Assembly: GCA_043767805.1 (NCBI GenBank)
Contig: JAYUGC010000018.1
Span: 1-40,749, forward strand
From: Pseudomonadota bacterium
GTDB lineage: Bacteria; Bdellovibrionota; FAC87; UBA2466
Direction: 5' to 3'
Length of the DNA: 40,749 bases
Shown here: positions 17,730 through 26,842 of the stretch, one piece after another
Numbering within the stretch: position 1 is the stretch's first letter
Layout of the letters: the number at the start of each line of letters is the position of its first letter
Notes under the pieces: model-generated
Databases searched by the model: none
What the model was told of the DNA's origin: nothing
What the model saw: the letters and a program-made list of their open reading frames with translations, nothing else
Position numbers and translations under genes: made by a program

Positions 17730-20021
17730 TCACTCGTCCGCCGCTTGGGCCACCGCCTCGATGGCGATTCGGGCCATTCCGGCCGCATAGTCCAAATCGA
17801 GGTTCTCTAGGGTGTCCTCGGTGTCGTGATACCCCCGGCGGAGCCGATCGTAGTTTTCCATCAAAAGGACGGCGGGAATACCGCTGTCAGAGAAGATGAT
17901 TCCATCCGTATTGTACAAAGCGCTTTTCGGATGCCGGTGTGGCCGCACCTCTCCCTGGAAGACCGGTAAGAAAAAGGTGGGAGGGCGAGGGATGGCGACG
18001 CCTCCTTCGCCGAACCGGATACGCCTAGCCTTCTGTTTTCGCCCGGAGGTTTCGTTCCAAGTCCCGACTGAGGCGTTCCAAGCTCGCGTGACGTCGGCGG
18101 CGATTTGCCCAAGCCGAACGGCTCTCGCGCCTTGGCCCGTGGCAATCTGAAAAACGGAAGGCGCCTCCGCCGCTCCATCCCGGTCGACGCTGTGACCGAT
18201 CATGTCGAGCACGTAGAGACCCACGATCTTAGGATTTTCTTTCCCCGCAATGAGACGCTTCCCCGTCACCAAAGCGTCCGCAAAAGCGCGAGCCCCCAAA
18301 CAATCCGCCGGAAACTCTTCTCCCGTCAGATGGACGAGCCAAACGTCTCGCTTGAGACGCTTGGCTTTGAGCACCCGCGCAGCCTCGAGCAGAGCGGCGG
18401 TGGCCGACGCGTTGTCATCGGCCCCGCGGGCCGCCTGACGAAGCCCCTCATTCTTGAAAATATCTTTCATGTAAGCCGTGTCGAAGTGATCGGCCATCAC
18501 CACGGCCTCGTCGTGTCTGAGACCGGGGACCACCACGATGAGATTATTCTGCGGGAGCTTTCGTCCACCCCACCAAGTCCATTCGAACGCCGAGAGCCAG
18601 GGAAAGACATGGCGATGAGCGGCCAAATCGAGGGAGCGGTAATAGGGCAGGAAGTAATTTTCGATGAGGCGAGGCAAATCGTTGGCGGCGCAGCCCCCAC
18701 TCAAGGTCGCGGGAGGACAATCCACATTGTTCTTGTGCCGATACTCTCCCTCGGTCAGCTCCACGAGCTTGTCCCAGTAGGAATGCTCGAAGGCTTCGTT
18801 CACCGTTAGGTCCCAAGTTTTTGGAGTGAGCGCGCGTTGCTTCGTCTCGTCCGCGTTTTCTTCGAGCTCGCCCATCGCCACTCGCAACTCGACTTGCTTT
18901 CGGCGTTTCGAAAGCAGCACTCGGCCGGGCCATTCCCAAGGGGTCTCGAATTTCCGCGTCGCGGGAAAGTACCAGCCGGCGACGGGGCGGCGCCACTCCA
19001 CCTGATTGCCTTCGATCTCGAGTGGCGGGAAATACTCGCGATAACGAAACGCGGAACCTTCAGGGGCTTCCTCTATAGTTTTTCGAGCACGGGCGATGGC
19101 TCGGAAATCCTTGGACGAGCCATCCATGAACCACTGCCCTAAGCTCGGTCCCGCGCTTCCCCAGATCTGCACGTTCCGCGCAAGCGGTCTGCCCACTAGC
19201 TCGATGACCTCGGGCGCCGGATCGAAAATTTGCCGCAGAACGGTAATGGGCCCAGCTTCCTTGCGAGGTAAGTCGGCAACTTTGAGAACCCGCAAACCGG
19301 AATCAACCGGCGTGCGCGAGAAAATCTCGCCCAGGGCAATTTGCTCGCTGAAGGGCAGAGCTTCAGCCAGTTTGGATTGGAAAGGTTCGAGCGTGGAAGG
19401 ATGCGGTATGACGACGAGCTTTCCGCCATCATACGCTTCGCGCCACTTGAGTTTCCACCGTTCGCGGGGCTCGAAGGTAAAAAGGACCTTCGGGCTATCC
19501 TCGGTGGAAAATATTTTAATCTTTCCGAAGACCCGCACTTGCTCGCAAGCGATGTCGGCGCGAGCGAGGAACGGACATAACCACTCGGAGAAGCCTCGTC
19601 CCGCCGGAAAATTTTTCCAAAACTCGGTCTCAGGATCCGCGCCACCGTAAAGGGTCCAGGGCGTCTTCCCCCAATCGTCTTGAGTTTGCGAAAGGGAAAT
19701 CGCGAAAATCGCCGGCACGGGCTTCGCCGTCTCCGTCTTTTCGAGCCAGCCCCGGGCCGCCTGCTCGACGCCGGGCCGAATAATTTTGAGGTCATCGGAC
19801 TGACTCACCCAAAAAACGTCGGGGGAGCCGGGCTTTCGAAACGGGTTCTCTCCCTTATCCCCAAGGCGAGGGCCATAGGGAAGTTGCCCCGCGCGAGGAG
19901 GCGGTAGGCGCTCGGAATAAGCTTCCAAGGGAACATGGGGAAAGTCCGCGGCCTTGGGGCCGAGAGCGGTCCTCCAATTACCTGCTAACGCGAACGCACA
20001 AATCCAAAGCACCAACTTCAA
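17730..20021 (-). CDS. Secreted M28 family metallopeptidase with long N-terminal extension
   Basis: 'DHFDT', 'GADDNASA', 'TGEE', 'LDMIG', 'YHDTEDT' in the C-terminal ~300 aa; TTG start with signal-like N-terminus. Confidence 0.88.
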   Translation of the reverse strand: MKLVLWICAFALAGNWRTALGPKAADFPHVPLEAYSERLPPPRAGQLPYGPRLGDKGENPFRKPGSPDVFWVSQSDDLKIIRPGVEQAARGWLEKTETAKPVPAIFAISLSQTQDDWGKTPWTLYGGADPETEFWKNFPAGRGFSEWLCPFLARADIACEQVRVFGKIKIFSTEDSPKVLFTFEPRERWKLKWREAYDGGKLVVIPHPSTLEPFQSKLAEALPFSEQIALGEIFSRTPVDSGLRVLKVADLPRKEAGPITVLRQIFDPAPEVIELVGRPLARNVQIWGSAGPSLGQWFMDGSSKDFRAIARARKTIEEAPEGSAFRYREYFPPLEIEGNQVEWRRPVAGWYFPATRKFETPWEWPGRVLLSKRRKQVELRVAMGELEENADETKQRALTPKTWDLTVNEAFEHSYWDKLVELTEGEYRHKNNVDCPPATLSGGCAANDLPRLIENYFLPYYRSLDLAAHRHVFPWLSAFEWTWWGGRKLPQNNLIVVVPGLRHDEAVVMADHFDTAYMKDIFKNEGLRQAARGADDNASATAALLEAARVLKAKRLKRDVWLVHLTGEEFPADCLGARAFADALVTGKRLIAGKENPKIVGLYVLDMIGHSVDRDGAAEAPSVFQIATGQGARAVRLGQIAADVTRAWNASVGTWNETSGRKQKARRIRFGEGGVAIPRPPTFFLPVFQGEVRPHRHPKSALYNTDGIIFSDSGIPAVLLMENYDRLRRGYHDTEDTLENLDLDYAAGMARIAIEAVAQAADE

Positions 20022-20068
20022 ATGGACCCCTTGGGCGGGGAACCTACTAGTGCGCGCGGGGCGGGGTC

Positions 20069-20106
20069 AAGAAAGAGAGCGTCCGCCCCAGGTAGGGCGG
20101 GCGCTT
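20069..20106 (-). terminator. Intrinsic terminator
   Basis: Minus strand AAGCGCCCGCCC-loop-GGGCGGACGCTC then TCTTTCTT, just after the stop at 20114. Confidence 0.65.
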
Positions 20107-20113
20107 CGAAGGG

Positions 20114-20833
20114 TTAGGGACGCGGAACCGGGGAAGCGGCGGCCTCGCCCGAATCGCCAGTGCGCTCCTGGTAGATGGAGGCGTCACAATAGGTCTCAAT
20201 GAAACCACCCCCACCGTAGGTCAAACGGATGGCCGTGACTTTAGTGCCAAGTCCACCGTTCACTGAGTAGTGGTAACGGAACTTATTTCCGACTTTTTCA
20301 GTTCGGGTGAGCTCCGTCGCTTTCACTTTCGTGTCCGGATCCAACTTGATGATGACGCTGTCCGCGACCGAGCAATCCTGATGGACTTCGACCATGTAAA
20401 GCTTGAGAGTACCGGGCCGTAGGAAATGGAGATAGCCCGTGCCCCCCTGACCGAGCTCGTGGATGGTTCCCATGTAATAGTAAGAGGTCAGAACTTCGTT
20501 GGTGGCCTTGAAATGGAAATAGCCGATGCCGCCTTCGACGCTCGCGTCGCCGTTTCGCAGCATCTTCGTCCAGATCGCTCGTGTGTATTTCTTATGGTAG
20601 GTCACTACCGCGATCATCGCGGAATCCGCTCCGGTCGTAAGCGCGAGATAACCATTCTCCGCGCCGTAGCGCGCGACGAAAGCGCGAGCCGCTTCGGCCT
20701 GCAATCCAGTGAAACTGGAAGTTTTATCGACCACGGGATAGGCGCTCTCCACGAAACCGATGCGAACTTTGGCAGCATGGGCGCTACCCGCTAAAGCCAG
20801 GCCGAGCCCAGCGAGAACCAAGAACCGAGTCAT
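20114..20833 (-). CDS. Secreted hypothetical protein
   Basis: RBS GGAGG and ATG 20833; signal peptide ending AHA; beta-rich, Tyr-rich mature region. Confidence 0.8.
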   Translation of the reverse strand: MTRFLVLAGLGLALAGSAHAAKVRIGFVESAYPVVDKTSSFTGLQAEAARAFVARYGAENGYLALTTGADSAMIAVVTYHKKYTRAIWTKMLRNGDASVEGGIGYFHFKATNEVLTSYYYMGTIHELGQGGTGYLHFLRPGTLKLYMVEVHQDCSVADSVIIKLDPDTKVKATELTRTEKVGNKFRYHYSVNGGLGTKVTAIRLTYGGGGFIETYCDASIYQERTGDSGEAAASPVPRP

Positions 20834-21037
20834 GAAAACCTCCGAAAAAATATCCGTAAAAACGATCTCAGGCACACCCCGAGTCCGTTGAACCGAATCA
20901 CGCTCTACCAAAACATCTTTCCCTGCTAGCAGCGCAATCACAGTCAATCCTTGCAGCAAGGTTTCGTAGGGCCCAAGTCCCCACACCACGCCGAGATCTC
21001 GTTGCTCCAGCCCCGAGCAATCTGGTACTTGCGTGAA

Positions 21038-21838
21038 GTGGCTACTGCTTCCGAAAACATTGCGTTCTCGAGCCGATTGAAGGCCGAGTTCCAGCGCCGC
21101 CAAAACAAGAACCCCGCGTTCTCGTTGCGCGCGTTTGCTCGCCAGCTCGAGATGGATGCCTCGGAGCTCAGTAAAATTCTGAGAAGCCAGAGAGTGGCGG
21201 GATCGCGGCTGGTGAAAAGAGTCGGCGGAAAGCTCGGCTGGTCGGACGCGGAGATCGAAACGGTTCGCTTCTATCAAGCCCGCATGGCCCCGCTCTCGGG
21301 TCAGGCCTTTCCTGAGCCCGGATACACGGTAGCGACTCGTCTCGAGGAAGATCTTTTCGCCGCCCTCTCCCATTGGCATTACTTCGCAATTTTGTCGCTT
21401 CTCACCACCGACGATTTCAAACCGGACGTGGAATGGATCGCGCGGCGGCTAGGCCTCGGCCGAAGTGAAGTAAGCATCGCGGTCAACCGCTTGACGAGGC
21501 TCGGCCTACTCCTCATTACCCCGGCGGGCGAATGGAGGGACGGCACCTCGGGCAAGACGACGTCTCTCGGCGATCCCTTAAAGAGCACGGAAGCCCGGCG
21601 CGAGCTGCAGGCGAGCTACCTCGATAAGTCGAAAGCGGCGCTCAAGGAAATCCCCATCGAAAAGCGCACTCATTCCACCATGACCATGACGGTGGACTCG
21701 AGCCAGCTCGACGCCGCCCGCGAGCTCATCACCATTTTTCGAAGAGACCTATCGCGCCTCCTCTCCGGCGGAAAGAAAAGAGACTCGGTCTACAGCTTGA
21801 ACATCGGGCTTTTCCCGTTAACGAAGGATCTAAAATGA
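21038..21838 (+). CDS. TIGR02147/DUF4423 family HTH protein
   Basis: 'RRQNKNPAFSLRAFARQL..SELSKIL', 'WHYFAILSL', 'IARRLG', 'VYSLNIGLFPLT'; probable GTG start at 21038. Confidence 0.88.
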   Translation: MATASENIAFSSRLKAEFQRRQNKNPAFSLRAFARQLEMDASELSKILRSQRVAGSRLVKRVGGKLGWSDAEIETVRFYQARMAPLSGQAFPEPGYTVATRLEEDLFAALSHWHYFAILSLLTTDDFKPDVEWIARRLGLGRSEVSIAVNRLTRLGLLLITPAGEWRDGTSGKTTSLGDPLKSTEARRELQASYLDKSKAALKEIPIEKRTHSTMTMTVDSSQLDAARELITIFRRDLSRLLSGGKKRDSVYSLNIGLFPLTKDLK

Positions 21839-22263
21839 AACTCGCTCTTTTGCTCTTGGCTGGTCTCACCTTGACACCCTGCTTCGGCTCCGAACACGAA
21901 AGCCACGCCAGCGATGACAACGCCGATGCCGTCGCCACTTTCTTGAGCGAGTTTTCTAATGTGCTGGCACTCGGCGATCTGTCCGAGCTGAACGCCAACG
22001 CGATGAAAGTAGTCCAGGAAGGTTTTAGATTCTGTACTTGGAAGGAAGTGGACTGGAAGGATCAGTTACTCGGCTTGCACATGAGCCCCGGGCGCTGCCT
22101 GGTCATGCACTCGTATTACATCAGGAAACTGCGCTCGAATCCCGATCTCGTTTGGATTCAGCTGTGTGAGGAAATGGCAAGTGAGCTTTATCTGGATGGC
22201 GTGCCCGAACGCTGTGAGAAGTATCTTGAGATCAACAAGAGGGCGCAATCGCGCGCGAGCTGA
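21835..22263 (+). CDS. Secreted hypothetical protein
   Basis: ATGA overlap with the upstream gene; signal peptide MKLALLLLAGLTL; several Cys. Confidence 0.7.
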   Translation: MKLALLLLAGLTLTPCFGSEHESHASDDNADAVATFLSEFSNVLALGDLSELNANAMKVVQEGFRFCTWKEVDWKDQLLGLHMSPGRCLVMHSYYIRKLRSNPDLVWIQLCEEMASELYLDGVPERCEKYLEINKRAQSRAS

Positions 22264-22264
22264 A

Positions 22265-22323
22265 AAAACGTACGGGACGAGACGGCCGCTTCCCTATGCA
22301 CCCCAAGCGACCGCCTCGTCCCG
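22265..22323 (-). terminator. Long-stem intrinsic terminator
   Basis: Minus strand CGGGACGAGGCGGTCGCTT-loop-AAGCGGCCGTCTCGTCCCG then TACGTTTTTT. Confidence 0.7.
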
Positions 22324-22341
22324 CACCGGACGGAAAGAAGT

Positions 22342-22476
22342 TCAGAAATTTCCGATGAGATCTACGATCTGAAGAAAGCAGAGAATTTGAACCACGACCA
22401 TTAGGTAGATCCAACTGCGAGTCTCACTCGCATTGTGAGCTCGGGGGCTGGCCTTTAGAAAAGTAACGTACTTCAT
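22342..22476 (-). CDS. 44-aa small ORF divergent from LysR (small membrane protein or flavodoxin-fold reductase remnant)
   Basis: RBS GGAGG; MKYVTFLKASPRAHNASETRSWIYLMVVVQILCFLQIVDLIGNF; followed by a terminator; absent from the ORF track. Confidence 0.5.
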   Translation of the reverse strand: MKYVTFLKASPRAHNASETRSWIYLMVVVQILCFLQIVDLIGNF

Positions 22477-22573
22477 CGAGTCCTCCTGACGTGTCCCTTG
22501 TCCCTATCTTTCAAGAATACGCGTGCCCCACATATTTCTGAAATAGATATCGTAAATTTGTTATATTTGTATC

Positions 22574-23476
22574 GTGAATATAACTGACATCGATTTGAAA
22601 TCATTAGAAGTTCTGGAAGCCCTAGTGGCTGAGCGCAACGTCACCCGGGCTGCCCGTAGGGTAGGTTTGAGCCAGCCCGCGGTCAGCAATACCCTGGCGA
22701 GGCTCAGGAAGTGGCTAGGTGACCCGCTCCTGGTCCGGACGAGCCAGGGCATGGTGCCCACCTCCCGGGCAGTTAGCCTCGTAGGCCCTATTCGAACCGC
22801 CATGGATGGACTCAGAGCCGCCTTTGCTCCCGCCCCCGCCTTCCAGCCCTCTTCCGCGGACACCCGCTTTCAAGTCGCCGCCACGGATTACGCCGCGTGG
22901 ATTTGTTTGCCGGACCTTTGCGCGAAACTCGTCGCCGAAGCGCCCCACGTGCGGCTCGAGGTCAGCGCGCTTACCGAAAAAGTTCCGGCGCGCGGGCTTG
23001 AGCGCGGAGAGATCGATCTCGCGCTGGGATTTTTCCCCGACCCTCCGGAGAATTTGTATCAGCGAGAGCTCTTCCGGGAAGACTTCGTCGCCGTCATGTC
23101 TCAAAACTCCACGCACGCGAAAGGAAAGATGACACTCGCGAAGTTCACCTCCCTCCGGCACGTGATCGTAAGTCCCTGGGGAGGTATCGTCGGCACGCTC
23201 GATGCGGCGCTGGCCGAGGCCGGCGTCTCGCGCACGGTATTCGTCTCACTTACGCACTTTCTCGTCGCGCCGGCCATCGTGGCGTCATCCGACTACGTGG
23301 TCACCCTCCCTCGCCGGCTTGCGCAGTCATTCGAGAAGAACTATCCCCTCGCCATCGTAAATCTTCCGGTGACGCTGCCTTCACTTTCGTTCCGCTTGCT
23401 CTGGCACGAGAGAACGCACCAAGAGACCGCTCAGCTTTGGCTGAGAAAGACCATTGGCGACACGCTTAAAGGGTGA
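22574..23476 (+). CDS. LysR family transcriptional regulator (NodD/MexT-like)
   Basis: 'DLKSLEVLEALVAERNVTRAARRVGLSQPAVSNTLARLR..LGDPLLVRT..GMVPT', 'LLWHERTH'. Confidence 0.95.
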   Translation: MNITDIDLKSLEVLEALVAERNVTRAARRVGLSQPAVSNTLARLRKWLGDPLLVRTSQGMVPTSRAVSLVGPIRTAMDGLRAAFAPAPAFQPSSADTRFQVAATDYAAWICLPDLCAKLVAEAPHVRLEVSALTEKVPARGLERGEIDLALGFFPDPPENLYQRELFREDFVAVMSQNSTHAKGKMTLAKFTSLRHVIVSPWGGIVGTLDAALAEAGVSRTVFVSLTHFLVAPAIVASSDYVVTLPRRLAQSFEKNYPLAIVNLPVTLPSLSFRLLWHERTHQETAQLWLRKTIGDTLKG

Positions 23477-25583
23477 CGAGAAAGAGCACGAGGTCAACGA
23501 TATCGGCGGCGCTCGCGGCGCACCAGGGATGAGGCGCCGCCGGTAGCACGACGGGAGCCCCCAGCTCTCGGGTGCCGAACTTCGCGCGCATCCCCTGATA
23601 GTCCCAGTAGAGATTCTTGTCGTCCCAGGGAACGTCGACGAAGTAATTCTGCTTACGCGTGGCCGCTTCCTGCGCGGGGCTGCCTTTGGGAACGTGGAAG
23701 GTGGAAGGCCCCAGCACGTAGTACTTGCGATAGAGCTCGGTCTTCTCGTCGCAACGCTCCGGCGCGACGAGATCTTCCAAAGACTTCACGTGCCCGTCGT
23801 GGAGCAGCCCCCGCGGCTCGGCCCAGTGGAGATTACGAAGCAAGGCGGTGCGGATGGATTGATGCTTTCTCTGATACGCGGTCGGCGAAAAGTAAGTCCC
23901 GACCTCGGAGAAAGGAAGCATATCCTCGTCGGAGTTGGTACCGAAGTTGCTTTGATGGCAGGACTGGCAGTCCCGGGTGAAAACGTGCCGTCCGTGCTCG
24001 AGCCGGTTGACGAGTTTCGGGAACGAGTCCTTTCCGGTTTGCACGAACTGCCCTTCGCTGATGCCGTCGATCTCGGAAAGAGATTTCGTTTTTTTGAGCT
24101 GTCGATACACCGCGAGCCGCTCGAGCAGCAAATCATCGCCGTCCAAGGTCGATACATACGACGTCAGCTGGCGCAGGGATTTGATGCCCATCGTTCCCAT
24201 GGAGCCTTCCGCCTCTTGGGCGTGGACGTAAGAGCCCTCGAACCCAGCGACCGCTTCCGTTTGGGAGAGAGCTCGGCGCACCGGCGTGTGGCGCGTAATG
24301 ACGGGAATCGCCGCAGGAGAGAAGAAGGCATCGTCCGCCCACTCGCCGCCGTCCGCCGTATCGCGGACCAAGGTGGCATCGCTCGTGCCTTCGGGCATGG
24401 CGTAAAGCAAACGGGTTTTATCCTGAGCGGCGGTCTTCACGCCTTTCATGGGCCCCAGAACGTTCCACTTCATCGACCAATGCGTATTGGGAAGTCCCGG
24501 AAACACTTTCGCCCGAAGGCTTCCCGGCTTCTCCTCGTAGACGATGCGCTGAGCGTGGCAGGACGCGCAGTTGTACCCAATCCAGTTGCCCTGACGCTGG
24601 CTCATGACGCTGACGCCTTGGGCGTAAACGAAGCCGACCCAGCCCGTGGGCGCCGTTTTTCCGGAGCGAAGCGGCTGCCGGAGGAGCGGCTTTAAAGGCA
24701 TCGCCATGGGATACGGATCGAACTCGTGAGAGGCGACCGCGACGTCGGGCACTTCGCCTCGCCGGATGGGAATCGCGCCGAAGAGTTTTTGCGGATCGGC
24801 CGCTTCTCCCGTGATGGGGTCCAAAGCTTTTCCGCGAAGCACCGTGCGCCAATCGAGTCCCCGCGAGGAGTGCAAAAGACCCAAGTTGTAATCAAACGCC
24901 CAGAACGCCGCTTCGCCCGCGCGAGCCTCCTCCTCGAAACCGGGATTATCGACTTCGATCGGAACCGCGTTGCTCTCGATGGCGGCTCCCAAACGAGAGA
25001 CGGGGAACTTCGAGGCGGTAACGCCTTCGGCGCGCGCGGTGATCGGATCGGAAACCAAGTGGGGAGTGCCGGCGCGCCCCGCGGACTCCACGGCTCCGAT
25101 TCTTTCCTGAATGGCCACCACGATGGGCCCTCGCGAAGCGGTCAGGGGCATCCGAAACACGATTTCCGAGCTCGTCCAGCTTTGGATGTCCTTCTTCCAA
25201 ACGTCGGTGGTTTTGGACGTCTCGAAAAAGAGCTGCTTGATGAGGCGCACTCCGCCTTCAAAGGTCGGCAGGTCCCTTTCGAGCGCGCGGACATTGCCGA
25301 TCAAAAGTTTCGCGTAATCGCTGTCGGGGCCTTCCCCGAAATTCGATCCGGTAAGTGCTACCAAGTCGCCCACCGAAAGGCGGGGACTCGTGATCTGGCC
25401 TTGCCGCCACACGATGGCGCCGTTGACGCTGACGTAACGGATCGTGGGATCGGTGCGGGAGGGAACCGAAACGCCCATGCCGGCTAGTTTCGGGCGAGCC
25501 TTTGCTTTGGGCGGCAAGCCGAAGGCCGTGTCGGCCAAGGCTAAGAGCAAGAGGCAGGCTAATAGGATTACAGCACGGGTCAT
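23466..25583 (-). CDS. Secreted di-heme c-type cytochrome, RoxA/CcP-MauG-like, with N-terminal IPT/TIG-like domain
   Basis: Signal peptide; CASCH and CQSCH; 'GLLHDGHVKSLEDL' resembling the PYLHNGSVPTL motif; 'GDLVALTGSNFG...SWTSSEIVFRMP'. Confidence 0.75.
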   Translation of the reverse strand: MTRAVILLACLLLLALADTAFGLPPKAKARPKLAGMGVSVPSRTDPTIRYVSVNGAIVWRQGQITSPRLSVGDLVALTGSNFGEGPDSDYAKLLIGNVRALERDLPTFEGGVRLIKQLFFETSKTTDVWKKDIQSWTSSEIVFRMPLTASRGPIVVAIQERIGAVESAGRAGTPHLVSDPITARAEGVTASKFPVSRLGAAIESNAVPIEVDNPGFEEEARAGEAAFWAFDYNLGLLHSSRGLDWRTVLRGKALDPITGEAADPQKLFGAIPIRRGEVPDVAVASHEFDPYPMAMPLKPLLRQPLRSGKTAPTGWVGFVYAQGVSVMSQRQGNWIGYNCASCHAQRIVYEEKPGSLRAKVFPGLPNTHWSMKWNVLGPMKGVKTAAQDKTRLLYAMPEGTSDATLVRDTADGGEWADDAFFSPAAIPVITRHTPVRRALSQTEAVAGFEGSYVHAQEAEGSMGTMGIKSLRQLTSYVSTLDGDDLLLERLAVYRQLKKTKSLSEIDGISEGQFVQTGKDSFPKLVNRLEHGRHVFTRDCQSCHQSNFGTNSDEDMLPFSEVGTYFSPTAYQRKHQSIRTALLRNLHWAEPRGLLHDGHVKSLEDLVAPERCDEKTELYRKYYVLGPSTFHVPKGSPAQEAATRKQNYFVDVPWDDKNLYWDYQGMRAKFGTRELGAPVVLPAAPHPWCAASAADIVDLVLFLVTL

Positions 25584-25699
25584 GGACTCTCCCCTATTCA
25601 TCATCGGCGGCAAAGATGGCGGATTCGTCGGCGCAAAAAGGAGTTTTGGGCACATTTGCGGAGCGTCAAGGATCGACGGGAAAATGCCGATAAGAGGGC

Positions 25700-26383
25700 G
25701 TGGAAACCCCGAAATTCCTAATGGACTTTCTTCAGGGCGGAGGCCAGTACAGTTACGCCATTTTCGGCGTTTCCGTGCTCGCGGCTCTCGTCATTGCCGA
25801 GAAACTCTATGCGCTGAATTTCTACTACCAGTTCGACGAGGGGTTTTTCCAAAGCATTCTGTCGCTCATCCGCAGCAATGATTTCGAGCGCGCTTACGCG
25901 CTTTGTTATCGCACCAATCACCCTCTAGCGCGTCTCATCGCGAACGTCTTGAAATACCGCGGCGAGAAAAAAGAAATCTTGGCGGAAGGCGTCTCCATCG
26001 AGTTTCAAAAGCTGGTGCCCAAAATCCAAAAGCGCTCCGCCTACATCAATATGTTCGCGAGCGTCACCACGCTCCTGGGACTGCTCGGCACGATCCAGGG
26101 GCTCATCGTTTCTTTCGCTTCCCTAAGTGGCGCTACGGGCGCGGCCAAGGCTGACCTCCTCGCGCGGGCGCTGACCGCCGCCATGAACACCACGTCTTTT
26201 GGTTTGATCGCGGCGATTCCCTGTATCGTCGGCTACACCGTTATCACGAGTCAGGAGAATCACATTCTGCTCAATTACGAAGCGACGCTGAACGAAGTGG
26301 TGCACTTCGTGGGTCAAGTCGAGGGCGAGGTCGCCGCTTCGCCTGGCATCAAGCTCAATGCGGCGGGTGATCCCTTTTACTGA
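25700..26383 (+). CDS. MotA/TolQ/ExbB proton channel family protein
   Basis: 'TTLLGLLGTIQGLIVSF', 'AMNTTSFGLIAAIP'; three TM segments. Confidence 0.92.
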   Translation: METPKFLMDFLQGGGQYSYAIFGVSVLAALVIAEKLYALNFYYQFDEGFFQSILSLIRSNDFERAYALCYRTNHPLARLIANVLKYRGEKKEILAEGVSIEFQKLVPKIQKRSAYINMFASVTTLLGLLGTIQGLIVSFASLSGATGAAKADLLARALTAAMNTTSFGLIAAIPCIVGYTVITSQENHILLNYEATLNEVVHFVGQVEGEVAASPGIKLNAAGDPFY

Positions 26384-26841
26384 TGCGAGCCTTCACTTCC
26401 AAAAAGCGCTACCTACGGAGACCGGAAAAGGCCGAGGCCTTCTTGCCCGTGGCGAGTTTGATGTTTCTGCTGCTCGCCGTCCTTATCGGAAAGAAAGCGT
26501 TCACGGAGTCCCGTACCGGAGCGTCCTTCCCTTCTAGAGACTCGGTCATTTTTCACGTGACCCTTTCCGGGCACGATCATTTGGCGGAGCTCGTCGAAGA
26601 AGCGACGGGACGGCGCCTGTCGAGCCTGCACCTCATTCCCGGCCCGACGGCTCCGGGTTTGCTCGGCCAGGAGCTCAAGCGAGTGCAGCGCAAGTACGCC
26701 TCGCTCGAAGCCGTTCTCGTGAAGCCGGGCCCCGACCTATCCAGCGATGAGCTCAACGCGCTCGTCGGTGCTCTCCAGGTGCCCCCCTCTGCTCAAGGCA
26801 AGGCGACGCCCCTGGTTCTGCTTCCCGCGGGAGGGCAATGA
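26383..26841 (+). CDS. Divergent ExbD/TolR-like protein
   Basis: Follows ExbB; basic N-tail, one TM 'FLPVASLMFLLLAVLI', C-terminal 'VLVKPGPDLSSDELNALVGAL'. Confidence 0.6.
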   Translation: MRAFTSKKRYLRRPEKAEAFLPVASLMFLLLAVLIGKKAFTESRTGASFPSRDSVIFHVTLSGHDHLAELVEEATGRRLSSLHLIPGPTAPGLLGQELKRVQRKYASLEAVLVKPGPDLSSDELNALVGALQVPPSAQGKATPLVLLPAGGQ

Positions 26842-26842
26842 G

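Noticed and set aside
20834..21379. N-terminal extension of the 421-aa ORF 20114-21379
   Set aside because: Overlaps the TIGR02147 gene antisense; RBS and signal peptide place the start at 20833.
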